Below, in pieces: positions 30,931 to 38,755 of a stretch of 64,000 nt of DNA. Position numbers and translations under genes: made by a program. The notes beneath the pieces were generated by a model that saw only the letters and a list, made by a program, of their open reading frames with translations, ran no database searches and had not been told where the DNA came from. Position 1 is the stretch's first letter. Every line of letters starts with the position of its first letter. Source of the stretch: Candidatus Spongiisociaceae bacterium (GTDB lineage Bacteria; Actinomycetota; Acidimicrobiia; Spongiisociales; Spongiisociaceae); the NCBI GenBank assembly GCA_965262915.1, contig OZ253564.1, positions 3,936,001-4,000,000 of the forward strand, written 5' to 3'.

Positions 30931-31225
30931 CCTGAGGGGGTCGCGTTGCAGTCGGTTTCTGTTTCCACAGCCCCTGACTTCTACTTACCGGCCCTCAGAT
31001 TTCTATTCTCAAGCCCTGTCGCCTCTATATCCGGTGTCGATTACCGGCTCTTGACCGTGACACCGAACACTCTTCAACAGAGCGGGACTGTTCGGGCTGC
31101 CTGGCAGGTTCGAGCCTTCTTCGAGGGGTCTGTAGCGATCCGATCTATGGTGGTGGAGGTATCCTCCAGTTGCTGACGGTTGCGAGACGTAGAACAGCAT
31201 GTAGTCGAGCGGAAGGTAGGCAAGG

Positions 31226-31954
31226 GTGGCTAAACCAACCTCGACAGGCACATGTACGTTGTGCGAGCAGACCTACAGCCGGGCCGGGATGGGCCGACAT
31301 CTCAAGGCATGCCGCAGGAAAGTGGGTCTTCAAAGGGTCGTGAGTGGCCAAGAACCCGTAAGGATCGAGCACGGTCGGAGAGCGGCACGGAGCTACCACA
31401 TCGCTGTCGAGGACCGCTACGACCCTCGCTACTGGATGCATCTCGATCTGCCGATGAATCTGGACCTGCGTGGCTTGGACCAGTTCCTTCGCAACATCTG
31501 GTTGGAGTGCTGCGAGCATCTGAGCGCTTTCTACATCTCAGGAGTGATGTACCGATCAGGCAGCATCCATTGGCTCGAGCCGTTTGGCGGCCGCCGCCCC
31601 GAGACCATGCGATGCGCCGCTCACCGGGTTCTTCATCCGGGACAGAGGTTCAGGTACGAGTACGACCTCGGTACGACCACGGAACTGGCGCTCAGGGTGC
31701 TGTCGGAGCAGGAGGCCAAGCTAGGGAAGGGCATCCGGCTGCTGGCGATCAATGACCCTCCCAGAGTGGTCTGCCACTCATGCGGGACTGCACCGGCGGC
31801 CGTGATCTGCACCGAATGCAGCATGGAAAGCTTTCCGTATCCGGACCGAGGCTACCTCTGTAGCGATTGCAGCACCCGACATGGCTGTGACGACATGGTG
31901 TACCTACCGGTGGTCAACTCCCCGAGAGTCGGAATGTGCGGATACGACGGATAG
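31226..31954 (+). CDS. pRiA4b ORF-3-like protein with N- and C-terminal Cys zinc-finger motifs
   Basis: LDQFLRNIWLECCEHLSAF, YEYDLGTTT, CxxC motifs and VNSPRVGMCGY. Confidence 0.75.
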   Translation: MAKPTSTGTCTLCEQTYSRAGMGRHLKACRRKVGLQRVVSGQEPVRIEHGRRAARSYHIAVEDRYDPRYWMHLDLPMNLDLRGLDQFLRNIWLECCEHLSAFYISGVMYRSGSIHWLEPFGGRRPETMRCAAHRVLHPGQRFRYEYDLGTTTELALRVLSEQEAKLGKGIRLLAINDPPRVVCHSCGTAPAAVICTECSMESFPYPDRGYLCSDCSTRHGCDDMVYLPVVNSPRVGMCGYDG

Positions 31955-32137
31955 GCGCCGCGCGGCTTGACGGGTAGTCGCAGACGGCGACAATGGCATG
32001 AAAGACTCGGAGAGGCGCCACCAGAGAATGGCCGGCCGGCGGCCGGAGTTCGATCGCTATCCCGAGCGCTTGGCGCCGAACACCGGACGCCCGACTTGAT
32101 CTGCTCCGTGCTGGAGGATCTCGGGGTGCCGACACGG

Positions 32138-32625
32138 TGTAGTCGCCGAGATCCTGGGACGCCGTGTTATCCGGCTGAACTGATCAATCTATGGGGCGGA
32201 AGCGTTGGGTCCGGTAACGATGCGGAACATCCGCCCAAGGCTATAACGCATCTACGAGATGCTCGATACCGATCAGAGCCCCCTTAATCGTGGCCCGAGC
32301 CTGGTATCTCGCTACGACGCAGACTTCCTCCTGAAGCCCCCGATCCCGGAGCCGTGACTTCGCTCTTCGAGACACTCCGGCACCGGTCTTTCTCGGATTG
32401 GACCGAGGAAGAGAGTGGATGAGCCCGCTCAGATCCGATCCTTCCCGCCGTCCGTTGACCCGCGGTATCCGGCTGGCTTTCCCCCATATCGATCATCTGG
32501 TAGCTGCGGATTCGCTCGGTGATGTGGAAAGAGTGGCCATCCTCCTACCCAGGCTCGTCTCCGGGATCCGCTCCCCATAGCGGCAAGTGGAAGCCGACTA
32601 CCGGTAACGGGAGCGCGGACCCTCC
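32138..32625 (+). pseudogene. Heavily deleted second coxD-coxE copy
   Basis: Blocks similar to about 28150 (VAEILGRRVIRL), 29230-29310 and 29869-30085, including the stop codon and 3' flank. Confidence 0.8.
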
Positions 32626-32724
32626 TCCCTTGTCTCGGATAGGCTCGACACAGCGTCCCTACCCGTTCCCGCGTACAGAGCGAAACGGCAACGCGGCGCC
32701 GGCGGCGATCACAGGAGTTAACAG

Positions 32725-33411
32725 ATGGCAACCACGAGGAACGACCGGACGACAATCGAGGAGTTCATCATCCCGCGGGGAACCGGCAAGGCCTTCCATC
32801 TGGGCGCGAGCCAGATCCTGCGGATCACCGCCCATGAGGGCAAACAGGTCGCCGACGTCAAGTTCATCAACGCGCATGATCACAGGGAACAGTTCTGTGC
32901 GTGGTGGTCATCGTGCCTGAACTCCGAGCGGCCTAGCAGTCTGATCACCGGCGGTACCAAGAGGATCACGGAACTCTTTTCCAAGCCTCCATGGGAACGG
33001 GTCCTGCTCCGTGTCATCGACGACAAGGTCGGAGACCATCTCTTCAACGGCGCCTGCTCCCCCCGGATCCGCGAACTGATGCCCGAATTCAAGTACCTCG
33101 GCAGCAAGACCTGTGTAGACCTCTTCCGGGAGGTCCTCGCCCCTCATGACATCGGTCTCGAAGACCTGGAAGCCTCCGGCACATTCAACGTCTTCATGCC
33201 GGTCCGCTTCAAGGATGACGAAGCCGGCACCTGGGAGTTCCTTCCACCATCCTGCGAAAAGGGTGACTTCATCGAGTTCCAAGCTGAAATGGACATCCTG
33301 GTTGCCGCAACCTCCTGCCCCCAAGTCGCCATCATCAACGACTACGACCCGAAGGCCATGATGTACCAGATCTTCGAACAACCCCACGAACCGCTACATT
33401 CTGCCCTGTAG
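32725..33411 (+). CDS. DUF1989 / urea carboxylase-associated family protein
   Basis: EGKQVAD, FNVFM, GDFIEFQAEMD and SCPQ motifs. Confidence 0.85.
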   Translation: MATTRNDRTTIEEFIIPRGTGKAFHLGASQILRITAHEGKQVADVKFINAHDHREQFCAWWSSCLNSERPSSLITGGTKRITELFSKPPWERVLLRVIDDKVGDHLFNGACSPRIRELMPEFKYLGSKTCVDLFREVLAPHDIGLEDLEASGTFNVFMPVRFKDDEAGTWEFLPPSCEKGDFIEFQAEMDILVAATSCPQVAIINDYDPKAMMYQIFEQPHEPLHSAL

Positions 33412-33879
33412 CACGACGCCATGAGGCCGTTTACCTCTCTGCCTTCTCCAGGGTGGAAGGTGATCCAGGCACTTGCGGCGAGCACTCTGCTGGGACCTGG
33501 CCTCGATCAAGGGGTCTCAGCAGACCCGTGCCCTCCCCGTCGTCGATAAGTCCCCTCCTCAAGGCGATCATCGTCACCTCCACCAACAACCGGGCCGTCT
33601 TCGGAGTACTCGCCACCAACCGGTTTGCGGTTCTCTGCGCAGTCGCGACGAACCAGCCGTCACGAGTCATCCCGAGGCGATAGCGACGGCCGGGTTGTGG
33701 AACCTGGCGGTGGAGTCCTGGTCACGAAGCCGTGTGATCGCCATCACCCTGCTCCCCGACCTCCATACGATAGGCCCGGGCTAACAACCGGGGGGATACC
33801 GCGTCACGAAGCGCGACCCATCCCGAGGCGACAGTGTCAAGAACCGGGCCAACGCGGGCATACCGGGCGTGTTGGTTGC

Positions 33880-34128
33880 AACCGGACAACTGACTGATCT
33901 GAACGGTCTTGGCCCAGGCCTTGGGGGGAGACGAATTGAGGCTTCGCTGTTTCCGCTTGGAGCCATAAACCCCGCCCCCAGACCGGGGGAGGCCGATACA
34001 GCCCCATAAAGGCGCTCCACACACCAAGTTTCGATTGGGTCAGACCCGCCCCCGGCCCAACGGGCCAACCCCGTCATCGCAGTGGCCCCAAAGAACCGGG
34101 CACCATCCACTATGAGTGAATCTCAGTG
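33880..34128 (-). mobile_element. Transposase-less IS110 left-end relic with a bridge-RNA-like sequence
   Basis: GGGCGGGTCTGACCCAA (34035-34051, reverse complement) is identical to 59444-59460. The junction CACTGAGATTCACTCATAGT resembles CACTGAAATCCACTCATACT. Confidence 0.7.
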
Positions 34129-34134
34129 ATTGCC

Positions 34135-34632
34135 ATCAAGGGGATGACTGAGACCTACAACCGTTTCCACGATCCCCACGAGAACAGGGCCGAGCACCTA
34201 CGTCTACTTCGACGGACCCCAAGCCTTCGCTCAACTCGTTCGACGAATGGACAACGTACCGGGATTGCGAGTCACTCTCCTGCTGAACATCCAGCGGGCC
34301 AGGGGGGACACGACCGCCGCGGACCGGCTTGTCCGGCGGTTCACACCGACCGGTTCTGGGGAACGGACTGGCCGGGCTCGTCCCAGCCCGCCGTCTATTA
34401 CGACCCCCGCTCGCTGGATCCGTCCAGTCCCTCCGGTGTACTGCACGCCAAGGCAGTGGTGGTGGACGACGAGGCCGTCTTCATCACCTCCGCCAACCTC
34501 ACCGGAGCCGCTCTCGACCGCAACATCGAGCTTGGCGTATTGATCCGCCACCGGGCACTAGCCGCCGGCGTCGCCAACCACTTCCAAGGCCTCATCGACG
34601 CCCGACTGTTGAGCCCGCTCCCAACCGCCTAG
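34135..34632 (+). pseudogene. DISARM remnant: methyltransferase C-terminal scrap fused to a frameshifted DrmC-like phospholipase D nuclease
   Basis: GMTETYNRFHDP, then STYVYFDG..., a frameshift near 34345, and LHAKAVVVD...SANLT...NIELG (HKD motif). Confidence 0.65.
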
Positions 34633-34791
34633 ACGACTAGTCCCGAGGTGTGTGGGCCGGCAACCCGAAGGCCATCATGCACCGAATCTTCGAACAGGGG
34701 GACTAGCGACGAGAGGTCCGGGGAATCCGAACAGTCAACCTCAGACCGTGAGGAGGAACGTCGCGGTCGCCGCTGGGCGTCCCTGTGGATT

Positions 34792-36963
34792 TCAATTGGG
34801 CCCGTAGAAGGGGGCTTCCTGGGACAGAACAGTTAGGGTTACCCGCTCTATGAACCTTGCGAGCTCCGGCCATCGGAAATCAACGCCTTGGTAGCAGGTA
34901 GACGATCGACTCTTGGTCAGGATCGCGGCTGTGTTCCCGACGGTCGTGATGGATGCCTCGTATGGTCCTTCAACTGTCCTGGTCAACTCGATGTGAGTAT
35001 CTCCCGTGTCGAGCTTCCAGGCTCCCGCCATGGCACCGGCCGCTTGTCGCTCGGTCGTCTTGTTCATCGCGCCCGGGAGTCCTTCGAGAAAGGCTGCTAC
35101 GTGTGCTGTCGGTTCGGGCACTCCGGGATCGGTCATACGCGACCGAGCGTCCTGAGCAATCAATTCCGATGAGAGGTTGCCTACCCAAACCGATGCTTCG
35201 TAGTGGCCTTCTGCTGTTCGGTCCAGACCAACGTGTATGTCCCCCTTGGAAAGGTCCCATCGGCGCGGGCGCAGTGTGTAATGGGTACCGCGTCTGGATC
35301 CGCGGCGTTCCAGGTGACCGCCGTCGACGAGGCGGTTGAGTATCTTGACCGCAGCGGTCCGGTCCAGGCCTGTGGCGGCTCTCACAGTGGTGTTGGTGAT
35401 GGGACCCGTCACCGCGAGCCCGAGTACCTCGGTGTGGAAGTCTCTACTCTCGATGCGGGTACCGTCGGGTCTTGCGATGTCGGGGCTCAATGCGTAGGCC
35501 GCCCCCGCCCCCCTCCCCTGCTGCTGTAGGAACCCCCCATCCCTGAGGCGCGCCAGCGTCCTGCTCGCTCTAGAGGCGTCCACGTCCAGAAGGTTCCTGA
35601 CCACCGTGTTGGTAAGGGTCTCACCGCGGGAGGCTCGGACAAGCAGACCTAGATCGGACGGTTCAAGACCGGCAGCCAACTCGTCGTCGCCCACCGAGTA
35701 CGGCCGGTGCGCGGCGGCGGTGGCTGATGTGAGGGTCCGCGCGAGCCAGGCACGCTCGCGTGGCGACGCCGCCGAGCCCAACCTGAGCGTGACCGTTACC
35801 GACGAACCATCCGCCTCGAACTCGGGCGGCGCCATCAGGTTCAGCGCCATGTGACGGTGCATCAGATCGACACCACGCCCGGCGTCCTCAGCCACACCGT
35901 AGTAGCGAAGCGTCCTGATGACCAGCACATTGCGAGGGATGGACTGCTGGGAAAGAGTAGCCAAAGAAACACCGCGGGGCAGCCCGCCCGGTGAGCGCAC
36001 CACGACCCGGTCCGGCCGTATCTCCACACGTACCGCTTCGCCCCGCGCTGCGTACGAACGGTGCGCGACGGCGTTGGCGATAGCCTCGCGGACTACTGCT
36101 TGGGGTAGACGATGTAACTCGTGACGCCAGACACCGATCGTGGCCATATCCACACCCAGTTCCTCCAACACAAAGGCTGCGGTGTCGGCCACCTGGTTCT
36201 GGACGGGCCCGTTGAACTCCTCACGGCGGTCGTAGTCGATGCCGTCGTCGCGGTAGCGGAACAACTCCACATGCGCCTTGCCCAAAGCTGCGCCGGGGTT
36301 CGGGAGCAGGAACAGCGCACCGGCAACGCTGAGCCGGTCCCGGTCACCGTTAAGCACCAGAAAACCGTTGTCGCGAAGCCGGGCCGACAATTCCGGCGAG
36401 GTGCCGTTCTGTACCCTCCAGTGCCACGCCTCGGCCAACCGTTGTCCCAGATCAGGATCGATGTCGTCAGAGGTCAGCCCGGTAGGGGAGGACTCCACCG
36501 ACCGTACGAACCGCCTGGCAATGAAGTCGGCGAGGTCCGCGCCCAGCAGCGTATGGTTGGACGCGCCCCTACGCTGCTTGACCTGACCGTTGGGCAACTG
36601 CGCGAACGAGTCCTTGCGCGGAGCCACCGATATAGCGACCACTACGCGGCCGTCAACCCGAAGACGGTGGATCCGATAGCGACCGAGGTCCCGAACCTGA
36701 TCCAGCGCCTGGCGCAAGCGCGTCTCGCTGCCGACACTCAGGTCGGCGCCCTTGACCAACCCTCGGTCGGTCACTCCCACTAGGATCACCCCACCGTCCG
36801 CGTTCGAGAACGCCATCGCCGCTTCGGCGATACGGCCGCGGGAGGCACCCTCCTTGAACTCGACGTACTCGCCCTCAGCAGGGAACTCCGCCGCGAGCTG
36901 CGCGGCGGTGAGTTCTCCTGCCGGTTGAGCCCGGCAACCCGGATGGAACATAGGATATGACAT
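34792..36963 (-). CDS. Schlafen/AlbA_2 + HATPase_c_4 (RecG-C-like) + wHTH protein with a duplicated C-terminal module
   Basis: EGEYVEFKE, AFSNADGGVILVGV, REAIANAVAHRSY, SPGGLP, RN and GRGV motifs; the start is uncertain (36987/36963). Confidence 0.85.
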   Translation of the reverse strand: MSYPMFHPGCRAQPAGELTAAQLAAEFPAEGEYVEFKEGASRGRIAEAAMAFSNADGGVILVGVTDRGLVKGADLSVGSETRLRQALDQVRDLGRYRIHRLRVDGRVVVAISVAPRKDSFAQLPNGQVKQRRGASNHTLLGADLADFIARRFVRSVESSPTGLTSDDIDPDLGQRLAEAWHWRVQNGTSPELSARLRDNGFLVLNGDRDRLSVAGALFLLPNPGAALGKAHVELFRYRDDGIDYDRREEFNGPVQNQVADTAAFVLEELGVDMATIGVWRHELHRLPQAVVREAIANAVAHRSYAARGEAVRVEIRPDRVVVRSPGGLPRGVSLATLSQQSIPRNVLVIRTLRYYGVAEDAGRGVDLMHRHMALNLMAPPEFEADGSSVTVTLRLGSAASPRERAWLARTLTSATAAAHRPYSVGDDELAAGLEPSDLGLLVRASRGETLTNTVVRNLLDVDASRASRTLARLRDGGFLQQQGRGAGAAYALSPDIARPDGTRIESRDFHTEVLGLAVTGPITNTTVRAATGLDRTAAVKILNRLVDGGHLERRGSRRGTHYTLRPRRWDLSKGDIHVGLDRTAEGHYEASVWVGNLSSELIAQDARSRMTDPGVPEPTAHVAAFLEGLPGAMNKTTERQAAGAMAGAWKLDTGDTHIELTRTVEGPYEASITTVGNTAAILTKSRSSTCYQGVDFRWPELARFIERVTLTVLSQEAPFYGPN

Positions 36964-36993
36964 TATCACAAGCCTAATTGAAGGCACTGCATG

Positions 36994-37002
36994 ATTATAT
37001 CA
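36994..37002 (-). promoter_or_regulatory. Extended -10 promoter (TGnTATAAT) for the Schlafen-ATPase gene
   Basis: TGATATAAT on the minus strand in an AT-rich patch just upstream of the CDS. Confidence 0.55.
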
Positions 37003-37010
37003 TAATTGGG

Positions 37011-37115
37011 GATGACCCCCCTATGGATCAACAAGGTGACTGTGGCGGCGGTAACCATTGCTGGTATCGGGTAGCGAGTCGGTGGTTGTGGCGGAGGGCC
37101 GCTCGATTCGTGACG
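37011..37115 (-). mobile_element. IS110 right-end relic (recombinase C-terminus plus RE)
   Basis: HNHRLATRYQQWL vs HNHHLATRYQNWL of the intact recombinase; TTGATCCATAGG...CATC vs TTGACAACCATAGGAGCATC. Confidence 0.75.
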
Positions 37116-37413
37116 TGAGGATGGGAGGGGTAGCCGTACCTGGCTAAAGCGGTTCGAGGAGATCGGTGACCTCGTCCGCTCTCGCCCGTCCCAGACCGGC
37201 GTTGCCCTTCCAAGTGACCATCTTCATGCTCGACAGGGGTCGAGGCGCCTGATCTCACCCGATGGAACCGGTCCTCCATCGAGGGTGTCCGGTTCTGACC
37301 TCACCGGAGCGACCCGGTGGTCGCACTGTGGACAGCGCGTGACGGCATCGGCCGTCCAAGCGGAGTCGAGTGATAAACTCGAATATGGCTGATAATCGAG
37401 AGGTGACCAGCGA

Positions 37414-38289
37414 ATGACGATGAGGCAGTTCGACTACGTTGCACCTACGAGCATTGAGGAAGTGACCGAACTCCTATCGAGCCACGGGAGCGACGCAAAG
37501 ATCCTCGCCGGTGGTCAGTCCCTTGTAATCCTGCTCCGGCAGCGGCTTCTCGCACCCACCGTTGTCATCAGCCTGAGCCGGGTCGAGGCGTTGAGGGGCA
37601 TCACCGATAGCGGCAACGGCCTCGAGATCGGGGCTATGACCACGTATTCGGATGTCTCCCGCAACGCAATCGTCGATCAGGCCGCGCCGACGCTGGCGAA
37701 GGCAGCCGGCTCCGTGGGATCCCGTCACATCCGGAACCGGGGCACAGTCGGCGGGAGTCTGGCCCATGCGGACCCTGCCGGGGATGTGCCCGTAGCTCTG
37801 CTCGCCCTGGATGCATCGATCACCCTCGCCGGACAGGGAACGGTTCGCACCTGTTCATCCAATGACTGGTTCACCGGGTTGTTCGAAGTTGCGATGTCGG
37901 ATGATGAAGTGCTCACCGGGGTAACCATCCCGAGGCCACCGGAGATAGTCAGTCACGGATACCACCGGTTCAGCTACCGGGAAGGTGAATACCCGATGAT
38001 CGTAGCCGCTGCCGTCCTCGGTTGGGATGAGGGAGTGTGCACGTCGGCGCGGGTAGCCATGGGGGGTGTAGGCGCCCATCCACAACGACTCCCCGCAGTC
38101 GAAGACCGGCTGCTGGGCTCCCGAGCGGATGCTCGTGACATCGACGCGGCAGCCGTGATCGCCAGCGAACTCATACATCCACCGTCGGATGTACGCGGCT
38201 CCACAGGGTGGAAAAGAAAGGTAGCGGTGGAATACATGAAGCGTGCGCTTGCGGAAGCGGGCCGGGGTCCGGAGAACGGTCATGGCTGA
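37414..38289 (+). CDS. Molybdenum hydroxylase FAD-binding subunit (CoxM-like)
   Basis: LAGGQSL and RNRGTVGGSLAHADP motifs. Confidence 0.92.
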   Translation: MTMRQFDYVAPTSIEEVTELLSSHGSDAKILAGGQSLVILLRQRLLAPTVVISLSRVEALRGITDSGNGLEIGAMTTYSDVSRNAIVDQAAPTLAKAAGSVGSRHIRNRGTVGGSLAHADPAGDVPVALLALDASITLAGQGTVRTCSSNDWFTGLFEVAMSDDEVLTGVTIPRPPEIVSHGYHRFSYREGEYPMIVAAAVLGWDEGVCTSARVAMGGVGAHPQRLPAVEDRLLGSRADARDIDAAAVIASELIHPPSDVRGSTGWKRKVAVEYMKRALAEAGRGPENGHG

Positions 38290-38755
38290 GCAGGACATCA
38301 CCGTCGTAATCAACAACGAGTCGATTTCGACGAGGGTCGCCGGTAACCGACTACTCCGTGAGTTCATCAGGGAAGATCTCGGACTCACCGGAACCAAGTC
38401 TGCCTGCGAGGACGGGATGTGCGGCGCATGTTCCGTCCATCTGGACGGTGACGTGGTCAAGTCGTGCCTCATACTCGCCTCGGAGGCCGATGGACGCACC
38501 CTGACCACGATCGAGGGACTCGGGTCGCCCGACGACCTTCACCCGGTACAGCAGGCCATGATCGACAACTTCGGGTTCCAGTGCGGGTTCTGCACCCCGG
38601 GTTTCATCATGACGATCGTCGACATCCTGGACAAGGACGTTGTGCACGATCCGGATTCGCTGCGTGAGGATCTTGTGGGCAACATCTGCCGCTGTACGGG
38701 GTACACCAGGATCGTGGCCGCGGTCATGGATGCCGCCGCTAGGAGGACCCAATGA
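38282..38755 (+). CDS. Molybdenum hydroxylase [2Fe-2S] subunit (CoxS-like)
   Basis: CEDGMCGAC, QCGFC and NICRCTGY motifs. Confidence 0.94.
   Translation: MAEQDITVVINNESISTRVAGNRLLREFIREDLGLTGTKSACEDGMCGACSVHLDGDVVKSCLILASEADGRTLTTIEGLGSPDDLHPVQQAMIDNFGFQCGFCTPGFIMTIVDILDKDVVHDPDSLREDLVGNICRCTGYTRIVAAVMDAAARRTQ

Noticed and set aside
32625-32724. Guanidine riboswitch upstream of the DUF1989 gene, and purine/xanthine riboswitches upstream of the BMP and Mo-enzyme genes
   Set aside because: No consensus motifs recognised by eye; an Rfam scan would be needed.
33660-33850. CRISPR-like or regular array (CATCCCGAGGCGA x2, GTCACGAAGC x2)
   Set aside because: Only two short copies of each, irregular spacing, and no cas genes.
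37000-37015. Match of the orphan RNA right guide (ATGGGG) to the flank of the RE relic (CCCCA)
   Set aside because: Only 5 nt in G/C-rich DNA, and the left guide does not match the LE flank.
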